This document shows, piece by piece, positions 38,671 to 49,000 of a DNA stretch of 64,000 nucleotides (positions are counted from its first letter, which is position 1; every line of letters begins with the position of its first letter). Where the stretch lies: contig CAVXLD010000013.1 of assembly GCA_963762565.1 (NCBI GenBank), positions 64,001-128,000 of the forward strand, written 5' to 3'. The position numbers were made by a program, and so were the translations under genes. Source of the stretch: an uncultured Verrucomicrobiae bacterium. GTDB lineage: Bacteria; Verrucomicrobiota; Verrucomicrobiia; Chthoniobacterales; JAFAMB01. The notes under the pieces were generated by a model. It saw only the letters and a program-made list of their open reading frames with translations. It was not told where the DNA came from and ran no database searches.

Positions 38671-40061
38671 GCGACCTTTCGGCGAAGATAGTTCAGTAGA
38701 TCGATGCGGGTAACCAGCCCGACAAATTTCCCTTGCTCAACGACGATTGCTACCCGGCCGCTATCAAGAATTTCCCGAAGCTCCTGCAAACTGGATGACG
38801 GTGGCAGGGTCACGATGCGATCGGTCATCGCGGTTTGTACCTCGTCCCGAAACGAGCCGTGCCCGTCCTGTATTCGGGTTAACACATCGGATTCATCGAG
38901 AATACCAACCAGCTTGCCGTGATCGAGAACTGGAACTTGAGAGACATCGGAGATGCGCATCCGGTTAAAGGCGGTAAGCAGCGAGTCGTGTGAACCCACA
39001 CTGACGATGGTCCCGTCCTGATAACGGCGGGAAACCAAGTCTCGCAGATCGTCAAAGCTTTCCCGGTGGATGAACCCCTGATCCGCCATCCAAACACTGT
39101 TGTACATCTTGGATAGGTATTTATTGCCGCTATCGCAAGCGAGTGTCACCACGCGCTTTGGTTCGGTTTGCTCCCGGCAATAGCGGAGAGCGGCCGCGAA
39201 AAGTGTTCCGGTCGATGAACCCGCGAACACGCCTTCTTTGCGGAGAAGATCACGGGCCGTTAAAAGGCTTTCTTCATCGCAAATACTGTAAGCTTTGTGG
39301 ACCCGGCTCAGATCAGCAATCGAAGGGATAAAGTCTTCGCCTACGCCCTCGACTATCCATGAGCCGGATTTACCAATGCGTTTTTCCTTAACAAACCCGG
39401 ACAGGATTGAGCCTTCGGGGTCCGCCAGAACGATTTCGCAGGCCGGAGCTACGCGCGCAAAAAAGTTACTCAGCCCGGTAAGTGTGCCGCCGGATCCAAC
39501 CCCGACGACGACGGCGTCGATGTCGTGTCCCATTTGCTCCCAGATTTCCGGCCCGGTGGACTGTTCATGTGCTAACGGGTTGGTCGGATTTTCAAATTGG
39601 TTCACATAAAAACCGTCCGGTGTCTCCGCCGCAATTGAAGCGGCTAGATCTTGATAATATTCCGGGTGTCCCTTGGTAACGTCGGACCTGGTAATGACCG
39701 TGGTCGCGCCCAGAGCTCGGATGTGCAGGATCTTTTCCTGCGACATCTTATCGGGAATTACCAAGGTCAGATGATAACCTTTGGCGGCAGCAATCAGCGC
39801 TAAGCTGAGTCCAGTATTACCGGCGGTGGCTTCGATAATGGTTCCGCCGGGCTTAAGATGCCCTGCGCGTTCGGCTGCCTCGACCATGGCTAAGGCCATA
39901 CGATCTTTTATTGAGCCGGTTGGATTTTGGTTTTCCAGCTTGATGAAAAGCCGGCATGGACCTGTGTCGAACCGGGTGCATTCAACCAGCGGAGTATTGC
40001 CGATGAGCGCGAGAATAGCCGGGTTTTTTAAGGAAGTTGCTTGCAGGGTGCCGGAACTCAT
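38667..40061 (-). CDS. cbs: Cystathionine beta-synthase with C-terminal CBS domains
   Basis: IGNTPL, NPTGSIKDR, EATAGNTG, GVGSGGT, DSGNKYLSK, C-terminal CBS pair; ATGA overlap with the downstream lyase. Confidence 0.9.
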   Translation of the reverse strand: MSSGTLQATSLKNPAILALIGNTPLVECTRFDTGPCRLFIKLENQNPTGSIKDRMALAMVEAAERAGHLKPGGTIIEATAGNTGLSLALIAAAKGYHLTLVIPDKMSQEKILHIRALGATTVITRSDVTKGHPEYYQDLAASIAAETPDGFYVNQFENPTNPLAHEQSTGPEIWEQMGHDIDAVVVGVGSGGTLTGLSNFFARVAPACEIVLADPEGSILSGFVKEKRIGKSGSWIVEGVGEDFIPSIADLSRVHKAYSICDEESLLTARDLLRKEGVFAGSSTGTLFAAALRYCREQTEPKRVVTLACDSGNKYLSKMYNSVWMADQGFIHRESFDDLRDLVSRRYQDGTIVSVGSHDSLLTAFNRMRISDVSQVPVLDHGKLVGILDESDVLTRIQDGHGSFRDEVQTAMTDRIVTLPPSSSLQELREILDSGRVAIVVEQGKFVGLVTRIDLLNYLRRKVA

Positions 40062-40125
40062 GTGGAGAGTTTCCAGCCGGGACACAACGTGCGTCAAGCA
40101 GGATCGACGACCGCAAACCCGGACA

Positions 40126-40460
40126 AACCGCGAATGGACGCGAATCGACACGAATTAAGTCCGAAGACAAAAGGCCCGAACCGCAGATAGACGCAGATTT
40201 ACGCAGATAAAGTGGGCTTCGTTGTTATTCGAGCCAATCTACCCGCTATAGGTTTCTGGAAGACACTGACTTATCGCCGGGAACCGAGGAAGACAAAGCG
40301 TATCTGGCTTTTTGTTAAAGCGGCTTAGAGTCTCTTGAGCTAAGCAGAGGAACAAACACTTATCTGCGTAAATCTGCGTCCATTTCACCCCGGAGAATTT
40401 CGGGGCTGTGCTTCAGGTTTTCAGGGCTTCATTCGTGTAAATTCGTGTCCATTCGCGGTT
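40126..40460. repeat. Nested inverted decamer repeats (CGAAT-type outer arms, CGCAGAT-type inner arms) with a 22-nt hairpin insert
   Basis: Outer arms aaccgcgaatggacgcgaat..cacgaat / attcgtgtaaattcgtgtccattcgcggtt; inner arms cgcagat x3 / atctgcg x2; insert at 40384-40405. Confidence 0.8.
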
Positions 40461-40566
40461 CGGCTTGTTTGGCCTTCTCCGCTAGATGAACCCGGCGCAA
40501 CTTTGGCTATATTGTGCTTGCGATGCTCGTTCGCGGGTAACGGGAGTTTTTAGACGTTTTTAGAGA

Positions 40567-41433
40567 ATGAAGTCAGTACAGGATGCTCGGGAGGCTTATG
40601 CTGAGCGATTGAGACGTTTGGGACCGGTGAAATCTCAGCGCGTGGTCCAGGCGTTTGCGAATGTACCTAGAGAGCGGTTTGTTGGCGATGGCCCATGGAC
40701 GGTTATCCCGCCGGGAAGAGGTCCGCGCAGGACCCCGGATTCTGATCCTTGTCATCTGTACGACAACGTCTTGGTCTCGCTCGATGAGGCCCGAAACATC
40801 AATAACGGTGAACCGCGTCTTTGGGCTGTGTTATTTGATTTATTAGAGATCGGCGCCGGCGCCTCGGTCGCTCATGTCGGTTCGGGGACCGGATACTACT
40901 CAGCGATTTTAGCCGAGCTAGTTGGACCGTCGGGAAGAGTCACTGCGATTGAAGTCGACCCAGATTTCGCGTTACAGACGTGGGAAAATCTGACACCCTG
41001 GCCGCAGGCGAAGACGGTTGCGGGCAATGGGCTCACTGATTTGCCCGCTGACGTCGATTTTATCGTAGTCAGCGCCGGCCTGACTTTTGTGCCGGTAGTG
41101 TGGCTCGATGCGCTGCGTGAGGGTGGGAAATTGCTTTTGCCGTTGACTGTCACCCATGGTTGGGGTGAGACCTCGGAACACGCGGGGCGGTGTGTAGGCC
41201 GGTTTTTGATTATTGAACACCAACATGAAACCTGGCCGGCACGGTTCGCGACCCCAGTGGCAATTATCGACTGTTCTCAGGGACGAGACGCAGACTCGGA
41301 AGAACGGTTGCGGTCTGCGTTTCTAGGTGGAGATAGCGACCAAGTTAGATCGTTACACCGTTTCCCGGATTTGCCGGATGACACCTGCTGGCTGGAAGGT
41401 GAAGAGTGGTGGCTCTCGACTTCGCTGCCCTAA
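40567..41433 (+). CDS. pcm: Protein-L-isoaspartate O-methyltransferase family
   Basis: AFANVPRERF, HVGSGTGYYSAILAELVG, IEVD, LREGGKLLLP. Confidence 0.82.
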   Translation: MKSVQDAREAYAERLRRLGPVKSQRVVQAFANVPRERFVGDGPWTVIPPGRGPRRTPDSDPCHLYDNVLVSLDEARNINNGEPRLWAVLFDLLEIGAGASVAHVGSGTGYYSAILAELVGPSGRVTAIEVDPDFALQTWENLTPWPQAKTVAGNGLTDLPADVDFIVVSAGLTFVPVVWLDALREGGKLLLPLTVTHGWGETSEHAGRCVGRFLIIEHQHETWPARFATPVAIIDCSQGRDADSEERLRSAFLGGDSDQVRSLHRFPDLPDDTCWLEGEEWWLSTSLP

Positions 41434-41562
41434 CTTGGTAGGGCGAGGCTCCAGATTGGCCGGGTTGGTTTCGCGAAGCATCTGATTACCTCGTTCGATT
41501 GGATCGTTACGCCCAAACGCGCGCCAAGCCGTGGTCTATCGTGGGCCACGGTCCCTGACAAA

Positions 41563-41684
41563 GGGAGGGCGCGCGTCCCCGCGCGCCGCGAAAGCGTTCT
41601 GGGCCGTCAGGTGTGTTCAACTTTCTCGGACGATCAGCGCGACCGGCTCCGGCGACGACGGATCGCGGGGACGCGATCCCTCCC
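41563..41684. mobile_element. REPIN-like element, copy 1 (122 bp)
   Basis: gggagggcgcgcgtccccgcgcgccg ... cggatcgcggggacgcgatccctccc. Confidence 0.85.
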
Positions 41685-41713
41685 CGGTGCGGCGTCCGTG
41701 GTGACCCGCCCCC

Positions 41714-42613
41714 CTATTTCTCAATCAAATCGACCATCGAGGCGGCGCTGGTTTGTATCGAACTCACCTGAGGCGCCGAAAGCACATCGTTGTCTTTGAA
41801 AATCCCTCGCACCGTCTGGAGCTGAGCCGTGATTTTTTGGATCAGTTCGCTGCGTTTGAGGCGAGGGGATAACGTATTAAGGCGATCGAGATAATAGTCG
41901 AGAAGTTCAATGTTCCGCAGAGTCTTGGCTCTTTCCGGCGAATAATCTGCCGCTACACTGGCGGCAGCGATTTGCAGTCCTCGGATCCAGCCGCCCAAAC
42001 TCAGCAGGTGCACAATGGGCTCGTCACGGAGTTCGAGTAAGGCCCTTTCCACGTCTTCTTGGGTGACAATCAATTCTTTTCGAAGACGATCCCAATCATT
42101 CTGTTTAGCCAGGTCCAGAAGCTTACGGCTATGCCGGCTTACGCGCTCCTCGACGCCCAAAACTTTCGCCCGTCGAATTAACTCACGACCAAGAGATTCG
42201 ATGTCCTTGCTTTGCTCTGCTTCGACATCGAGAAAACCGTCTCCGATCAAAACCCCAAAACTTAATGCATACTTTGAGCGGTCAGCGGTGCTGAGCTCGG
42301 TCACCGGCCGGACCAGAGCATTGATGGGGATCGGTTTCAGAGAGTCCAGCGTGTTAAACAATTTCTCGATGGACGGTGCCGTGAATTCATTTACACCGAG
42401 TTCTTCGCGATAGTCCTGATCCTTAGACAAGTCATCGGGTGTGTTCTGCGCGGAAAGCGTCGCCGTAAAAACGATCAGGGGTGCGGAAGCGAGGAAAAAC
42501 GAGCGTGAACGCCGTGAGCGCCGGCTTGTCCGACGAAGCCGCTCTCGGGCCTCGTTTGGCTGCTCGAGAACTGGCGGACTCGGAGAACGCCATGAACTTA
42601 CAATCGGGTGCAC
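41714..42613 (-). CDS. Putatively exported helical hypothetical protein (start uncertain)
   Basis: 299-aa ORF with signal-like FFLASAPLIVFTATLSA and a normal globular composition; no family recognised. Confidence 0.7.
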   Translation of the reverse strand: MHPIVSSWRSPSPPVLEQPNEARERLRRTSRRSRRSRSFFLASAPLIVFTATLSAQNTPDDLSKDQDYREELGVNEFTAPSIEKLFNTLDSLKPIPINALVRPVTELSTADRSKYALSFGVLIGDGFLDVEAEQSKDIESLGRELIRRAKVLGVEERVSRHSRKLLDLAKQNDWDRLRKELIVTQEDVERALLELRDEPIVHLLSLGGWIRGLQIAAASVAADYSPERAKTLRNIELLDYYLDRLNTLSPRLKRSELIQKITAQLQTVRGIFKDNDVLSAPQVSSIQTSAASMVDLIEK

Positions 42614-42917
42614 GTGTAACCTATTATCCCAGGGCTTCGCGGTTCACCAGTCAGCATTTTCGGAGCTCCGCCTGCAACGCTTCGCGTAGCGATGCGGGCG
42701 TGGCGCCTTAGGCTCGCTCCGCATAACCGATAGCCAATAGCCAACGTGCAGGTGACCGGCTGAACAAGCGTTCGGTTGCGTGGACCTGGCTATTGGCTAT
42801 TGGCTATCGATGATTCCAACGCTGCAGGCGACTTCGCTGTTTCCACTTGACGCTCAGGGCCAAAGGCTCATCATGTCGCGGGTATCGGTTCGTTGCTAAC
42901 CCTTTGATGCTCTTGGC

Positions 42918-44414
42918 ATGCACGGAAATGTCGGAATGCTCGCATGGACGTTTTGTTACATTGTTGTTCTCCTCGGCCTTTCTTTTTATGGCCTCCACCG
43001 ATACTTCATCATCTATCTGTATTTTCGGTATCGGAAGCGGAACCTGAAACCACATGGCCGCTTTGCAGAACTGCCGATGGTGACAGTTCAGCTTCCCATA
43101 TTTAACGAGCGCTATGTGCTTGAACGGCTGCTGCGAGCCGTCAGCCGGATCGACTATCCGAAGGAAAAGCTGCAGATCCAAGTTCTCGACGATTCAACGG
43201 ACGAGACCAGAGACATTGCGGTCCGGGAAACGGAACGGCTGCGTCAGGCAGGGTTTGACGCGGTCTGTTTGAGGCGAGAGGGACGAGTCGGGTTCAAGGC
43301 CGGTGCGTTGGATGCCGGGTTGAACCAGGCGCGAGGCGAGTTTTTCTTGATCCTCGATGCCGATTTTGTACCGCCGCCCGAGATTCTCTCGGAGACCATT
43401 CATTATTTCACCGACTGCCGGGTTGGAATGATTCAAACTCGATGGCAGCATCTTAATCGGTCCTATTCTTGGCTGACGCGGGCGCAGGCGATCCTGCTGG
43501 ATGGCCACCTGGTTCTCGAACAAACTGCGCGCAGCTCGACCGGTCGATTCTTCAATTTCAATGGCACAGCTGGTCTCTGGCGAAAGAGCTGCATCGAAGA
43601 AGCCGGCGGGTGGCAACACGATACGTTAACCGAGGATCTGGATCTGAGCTATCGCGCCCAGCTCACGGGATGGCGCTTCGTGTTTCTGGTCGATGTCGTC
43701 ACTCCGGCGGAACTGCCCGTTGAAATGAGCGCCTTTAAAACCCAACAACATCGTTGGACGAAAGGCTCGATCCAGACCTGTAAAAAGTTGTTGCCCCGTA
43801 TCTGGACCAGCCGTTTACCGCTGTGGATTAGGGCAGAAGCGACGATTCATTTAACGTCGAATTTTACTTATTTGTTACTGGCCTTGCTTTGTGTGCTGCT
43901 GCAGCCGTCGCCAATCGGTCCTTTTGGAATCGGCGGTTGGTGGAGGGTCTGTCTCATCGATATTCCCATTCTGGCTGCCAATACTTTTGCCGCCGCCGCG
44001 TTTTATCTGGTCGCTCAGCGAGAGTTGCACCCGCAGCGTTGGTATCGCGATATTTTCTTTTTTCCTTTCGTTCTGGCGCTAGGAATTGGCATCTCGGTCA
44101 ACAACGCTCGCGCCGTTCTAGAAGCGGTTTTCAATCATCGATCCGCCTTCAATCGCACGCCGAAATACGGGATTGAGGAGAACACAAAAAAAGCTCCCTT
44201 GTTCAGTTATTCCGCGTTTAAAGCTGTACTTCCGTTTGGAGAATTGCTATTTGCGATTTATTTTGCGCGCTTTATAATCACTGCCTTTGTAGCCAAAGAA
44301 TACCTATCACTTCCTTTCTTGATGTTATTTCAAATTGGTTTTACATATGTCGCGTTCTGTTCCATTGGGGATCGCGTTAGAAGATGGCCCGGTAAACAGG
44401 TTCCTGTTCGCTAA
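42918..44414 (+). CDS. GT2 processive glycosyltransferase (cellulose/glucomannan synthase-like)
   Basis: VQLPIFNE, DDSTD, FKAGAL, DADF, TLTEDLDL, QQHRW; TM helices. Confidence 0.9.
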   Translation: MHGNVGMLAWTFCYIVVLLGLSFYGLHRYFIIYLYFRYRKRNLKPHGRFAELPMVTVQLPIFNERYVLERLLRAVSRIDYPKEKLQIQVLDDSTDETRDIAVRETERLRQAGFDAVCLRREGRVGFKAGALDAGLNQARGEFFLILDADFVPPPEILSETIHYFTDCRVGMIQTRWQHLNRSYSWLTRAQAILLDGHLVLEQTARSSTGRFFNFNGTAGLWRKSCIEEAGGWQHDTLTEDLDLSYRAQLTGWRFVFLVDVVTPAELPVEMSAFKTQQHRWTKGSIQTCKKLLPRIWTSRLPLWIRAEATIHLTSNFTYLLLALLCVLLQPSPIGPFGIGGWWRVCLIDIPILAANTFAAAAFYLVAQRELHPQRWYRDIFFFPFVLALGIGISVNNARAVLEAVFNHRSAFNRTPKYGIEENTKKAPLFSYSAFKAVLPFGELLFAIYFARFIITAFVAKEYLSLPFLMLFQIGFTYVAFCSIGDRVRRWPGKQVPVR

Positions 44415-45437
44415 ATGAGACCCGCCGCACATATTGAGCTCCTTGTTGGCAGTTTGAGTCTGCTAATTGTCGTTCCCGCAGTCAGCGCCAGTGAAACAGC
44501 TTCACCTTCGGCTTCACCAGCTCAGACCTCATCCGCTGTGTCCACGTATGCTCGGACCTATTACGCTCACTCCGCAGCGTCGCCGAGTCCTGCGGCGTCG
44601 CCCGCCCGGTCAATCGTAACTTATGTGCCGCCGGCCGCACCGACCGTTCAATTGGTTGTGAGCGTTGCGGACCAAAAGCTCGCCGTGGTGGTCAATGGGA
44701 AGGTTTATAAAGACTATCGTATTTCAACGTCGCGATACGGTGAGGGTGATAATTGGGGGAGTTGGCGGACGCCCACGGGCGTGCTTCAGATCGCCGGCAA
44801 GATCGGTGCTTCGGCCCCATCCGGCGCTGTTTTCCATGACCGGCAGGTAACCGGAGAGGTGTTGCCGGCCAATGCTCCCGGGCGAGATCCAATCGTTAGC
44901 CGCATCATCTGGTTACGCGGTTTAGAGGAAGCAAATCGAAACGCCTACAAGCGGTGTATCTATATTCACGGCACACCTCAGGAAGACTTTCTTGGCCGCA
45001 AGGCAAGTTTTGGTTGTATCCGGATGCGATCTGCCGATGTGATCGAAGTTTTTAATTGGGTCAGCATCGGTACACCGGTGGCGATCCTGGAAGACCCGTT
45101 GGGAAGGGCAGTCAAAGAAGCGGATAGGGAAACAGTAAATTTGCTGGCTCAAAACTCGCCGCTGCCGGGTCGGAATGTACCGGCTGCCAAGACCGTGCCG
45201 CCAGCGACTATCGCGGCCAAAATGAACGTAGCAGCAACGGCGAAAGTCACCGAGGTGGCTAAGGCGGCCGAAATGGCGAAGGCCGATGCTCCCAAGGCAC
45301 CCGACGCTCCCAAAGCGAACGACTCAGCCAAAGTCACAGATTACCGTATCCCGTCCCCGGTCATTCAGGCCCAACGGGTTGGTCCCCCCGATCCGGTCAT
45401 GACGGCCGGTCATAAGAACGCCACGGCTGCAAATTAA
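44415..45437 (+). CDS. L,D-transpeptidase (YkuD family)
   Basis: TPTG, IYIHGT...ASFGCIRM catalytic motif; signal peptide; Ala/Pro-rich tails. Confidence 0.9.
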   Translation: MRPAAHIELLVGSLSLLIVVPAVSASETASPSASPAQTSSAVSTYARTYYAHSAASPSPAASPARSIVTYVPPAAPTVQLVVSVADQKLAVVVNGKVYKDYRISTSRYGEGDNWGSWRTPTGVLQIAGKIGASAPSGAVFHDRQVTGEVLPANAPGRDPIVSRIIWLRGLEEANRNAYKRCIYIHGTPQEDFLGRKASFGCIRMRSADVIEVFNWVSIGTPVAILEDPLGRAVKEADRETVNLLAQNSPLPGRNVPAAKTVPPATIAAKMNVAATAKVTEVAKAAEMAKADAPKAPDAPKANDSAKVTDYRIPSPVIQAQRVGPPDPVMTAGHKNATAAN

Positions 45438-45467
45438 GCAGGGCTTATCTTCGCCCCCCCTGATTCC

Positions 45468-45840
45468 CGGAGGGGAGCCGCCTGCCCGTCCCGAAGTCTT
45501 TCGGTGGCTAAGAATACCAATAGACCTTGCCGACCTACAAAGCGGCTCCCCTCCGGAGCCCTGCGAAGCGAATCCGCCGAGGTGAACGCAAATTCGGACT
45601 AGCCGCACTACGCCGATACTCCAGTTCTCCATCACTCCGCTCCAACGGATTCGAGGACAGCCTGTCCGACGAAGCGCGCGCTCTATGTTGCCCGCCGCTC
45701 GAAGTCGGCCTCGCAAGCGAGGCGCGCTCCACAACCAGGCGTTGGCGAAGTCGGAAGGACGACGACGAGGACGAGGACGAAGCCCCTGGTGCCGCCGCCT
45801 TACCTCTCACTTCTCGCCTCTCACCAATCACTAATCACCC
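45468..45840. repeat. Cluster of several repeat families, partly nested
   Basis: GGAGGGGAGCCGC pair, ACTCC octamers, GAGGAC hexamers split by one hairpin repeat that is split by another, and heptamers. Confidence 0.75.
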
Positions 45841-45916
45841 CCTTTTTGCCCCCTCTCCCAGGGAGGTTCCTCCCAGCCCAGAATATCTTGCGCTTTAAGT
45901 CGTTTTTTCTTTACGA

Positions 45917-45932
45917 ACACAACATATAGTGT
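45917..45932. promoter_or_regulatory. NrdR box
   Basis: ACACAACATATAGTGT fits the 16-bp NrdR consensus acaCwAtATaTwGtgt, upstream of nrdJ. Confidence 0.75.
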
Positions 45933-46070
45933 TCATATTGGAGACGCTGCTCTACAGGCTGGGGTTATCATCAAATAATCACCAATTGGGCACAGGATAT
46001 TGACCGTGCAGGACAGAGTTATTGACAACTTGTGAGCAGATAAAAAATAAACCCCCTAGCAAGTACTGCG

Positions 46071-49000
46071 ATGATCAAATTAAAGTCAGGTGTGCATGCC
46101 AGCGATTTCAAGGTGCGAGGGCGCGGATCGCGTTCGGCACGGCAAAAGGGACTGACCTTTCAGAGAGTCTTCAGCACAAAAGGAAAGGCTCCTCTGGATG
46201 ACGTCGAATGGGAACGACGGACGGCGGAAATCACTGATGACAGCGGCAAGGTGATCTTCCGGCAAGAGGACGTGGAGGTGCCGAAAAACTGGAGTCCTTT
46301 GGCGACCAAGATTGCGGTCTCGAAGTACTTTTATGGTGATATCGCGCACGGAACCGATCCGCTTAAGGGAGGCCGGGAAAACTCGGTTCGGCAGCTCATC
46401 CATCGTGTGACCAGAACGATCACGGATTGGGGCGTGCAGGATGGCTACTTTTCCAGCAACCAGGCGGCAGAAACCTTTTACGATGAATTGACCTGGCTAT
46501 GCGTGAACCAGCATGGAGCTTTCAACAGTCCCGTCTGGTTCAACGTCGGGCTTTATCAACAGTACGGCATCGGCAAAGGCTCCGGGCAGGGCAACTTCTA
46601 TTTCAATCCAGAGGTTGGTCAGGCCGAAAGAGCGGCGACTCAATATGAGCATCCACAGGCATCGGCGTGCTTCATCCAAGCGGTGGATGACACGATGGAA
46701 GACATCATGCGCCTGGCCACAAGCGAGGCGATGCTTTTTAAATACGGAAGCGGCACCGGCAGCGACCTGTCGACTTTGCGTAGTACTCGAGAAAAACTGA
46801 GCGGCGGTGGACGTCCGAGTGGGCCGCTTTCATTCCTGAAGGTTTACGACCAGGTAGCCAACGTTGTGAAGAGTGGTGGCAAAACTCGGCGTGCGGCCAA
46901 GATGAACACGCTCAAAGATTGGCATCCGGACATCGAGGAGTTCATCGAGGCCAAGACGAAGGAAGAGAAGAAAGCCTGGGCGCTGATCGAGCAAGGCTAT
47001 GACGGCAGTTACAACGGGGATGCCTATGGCTCGATCATGTACCAGAACGAGAACCTGTCGATCCGGGTCAGCGACGAGTTCATGCAGGCGGCGATCGATG
47101 GTAAAGAATGGTGGACCCGACGTGTCTTAGACGGCAAGCCTTGCGAACAGAAGGAGGCCAGAACCTTGCTGCGGAAGATCGCAGAAGGCACGCATGTGTG
47201 TGGCGATCCGGGAATGCAATTCGATTCCACGATCCATCGTTGGCACACCTGCAAAGGAACCGGCCGGCAGAACTCCACCAACCCATGCTCGGAGTATCTT
47301 TTCCTGGATAATACTGCGTGCAATCTGGCGTCGCTAAACCTGATGAAGTTCAAGGCGCCGGATGGGAGCTTCGATGTCGAAAAGTTTAAGGCGGCAGTCC
47401 GGATCTACATCACGGCGCAAGAGATTCTGGTGGACAACGCTAGCTATCCAACCAAAGAGATCGCGGAGAATAGCCATATCTTCCGGACATTGGGGTTAGG
47501 GTTCGCGAATCTGGGAGCGCTGGTGATGAGTTACGGCCTGGGGTATGACAGCGATGGAGCACGAGCTCTGGCAGGTTCAATCACTGCGATCATGACCGGG
47601 CAAGCCTACGCGCACAGTGCCCGGATTGCCGAAGTCATTGGAACGTTCCCCGGTTATCACGATGCGCGTGCGACCGGAGTGCCGAACCCGGTGGCTAAGG
47701 ATAACGTGGAACCAATGCTTGAGGTTATTCGCCTGCACCGGGAATACTGTGATCGAATTCAAAGCTCAATCGAGTTTGCGGACTTGAAAGCCGAAGCGAT
47801 CAAGGCATGGAATGACGCCTTGAGTCTAGGAGAGAAATCTGGGTTCAGGAATGCGCAGGTCAGTGTGCTAGCGCCAACGGGAACGATCGGGTTCTTGATG
47901 GACTGCGATACCACAGGGATCGAGCCGGATATCGCCTTGGTGAAATACAAGCTGCTAGCCGGCGGCGGTATGTTGAAGATCGTGAACCAAACGGTGCGAC
48001 CGGCATTAGAAAAGCTGGCCTATACCGAGAGCGCGATTGAAGGCATTCTCGCGCATATCAATGAGCATGACACCATCGAGGATGTGGTCATTCCAGAAAC
48101 GAACCAGGTAATTGCCAGCGGGCTTAAGGTCGTCGCCAGCGGGCATCAGGTCGTCGCCAGCGGGCTTAAGCCCGAACATTTACCAATCTTCGATTGCGCC
48201 TTTAAGCCGTTCAAGGGCAAGCGAAGTCTGCACTATCTTGGACACCTGCGGATGATGGCGGCATGCCAACCGTTCTTAAGCGGCGCGATTTCGAAAACCG
48301 TGAATCTTCCGAACGAGGCCACGATCGAAGACATCACGGAAACCTACATCGAAGGATGGCGATTAGGATTAAAAGCGATCGCGATCTATCGAGACGGTTC
48401 CAAACGTTCCGCGCCGCTGAATACCAAGAAGACCAAGGACATGGGCGGCGAGCAGCCCTCCGCCGAGCAGGTATCGGAAGAGACAAAACGTTTGCTAGGC
48501 CGGATCGGCGAGCTCGAACGCGAGGTATCGACTTTACAACAGCCTTCTCGCCACCGGATGCCAGACACGCGGGTGTCATTGACCCATAAGTTTGAGATTG
48601 CGGGTCATGAAGGTTACATCACGGTTGGTCTATACGAGAACCAACAACCCGGCGAGCTCTTCATCCAAATGGCAAAGGAAGGGAGCACGATTGGCGGGTT
48701 GATGGATACCGTGGCGACATTGACATCACTAGCGCTGCAGTACGGGGTTCCGTTAGAGAGCCTGGTCAAAAAGTTCGCCTATCAGCGGTTCGAGCCGAGC
48801 GGTTTTACCAAGAACCCCGATATCCGGAACGCGACCAGTATTACGGATTACGTTTTCCGATGGTTAGGTTGCCAGTTTATCAAGGGCTATAAGGAAGCAA
48901 TCTCACCGAACCGTACCCAACCGGACCTGCCGATGCGCGAGATTAGCGATATCGAGAAAAAGGCGGTAAACCGGCCGGTGGCAGAATTGCCCAGAACGGC

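Noticed and set aside
40062..40566. SAM riboswitch upstream of cbs (and a cobalamin riboswitch upstream of nrdJ)
   Set aside because: No consensus elements recognised by eye and the structure is explained by repeats; an Infernal/Rfam scan would be decisive.
45324..45898. Several short ORFs between the L,D-transpeptidase and nrdJ
   Set aside because: They are translations of the repeat cluster.
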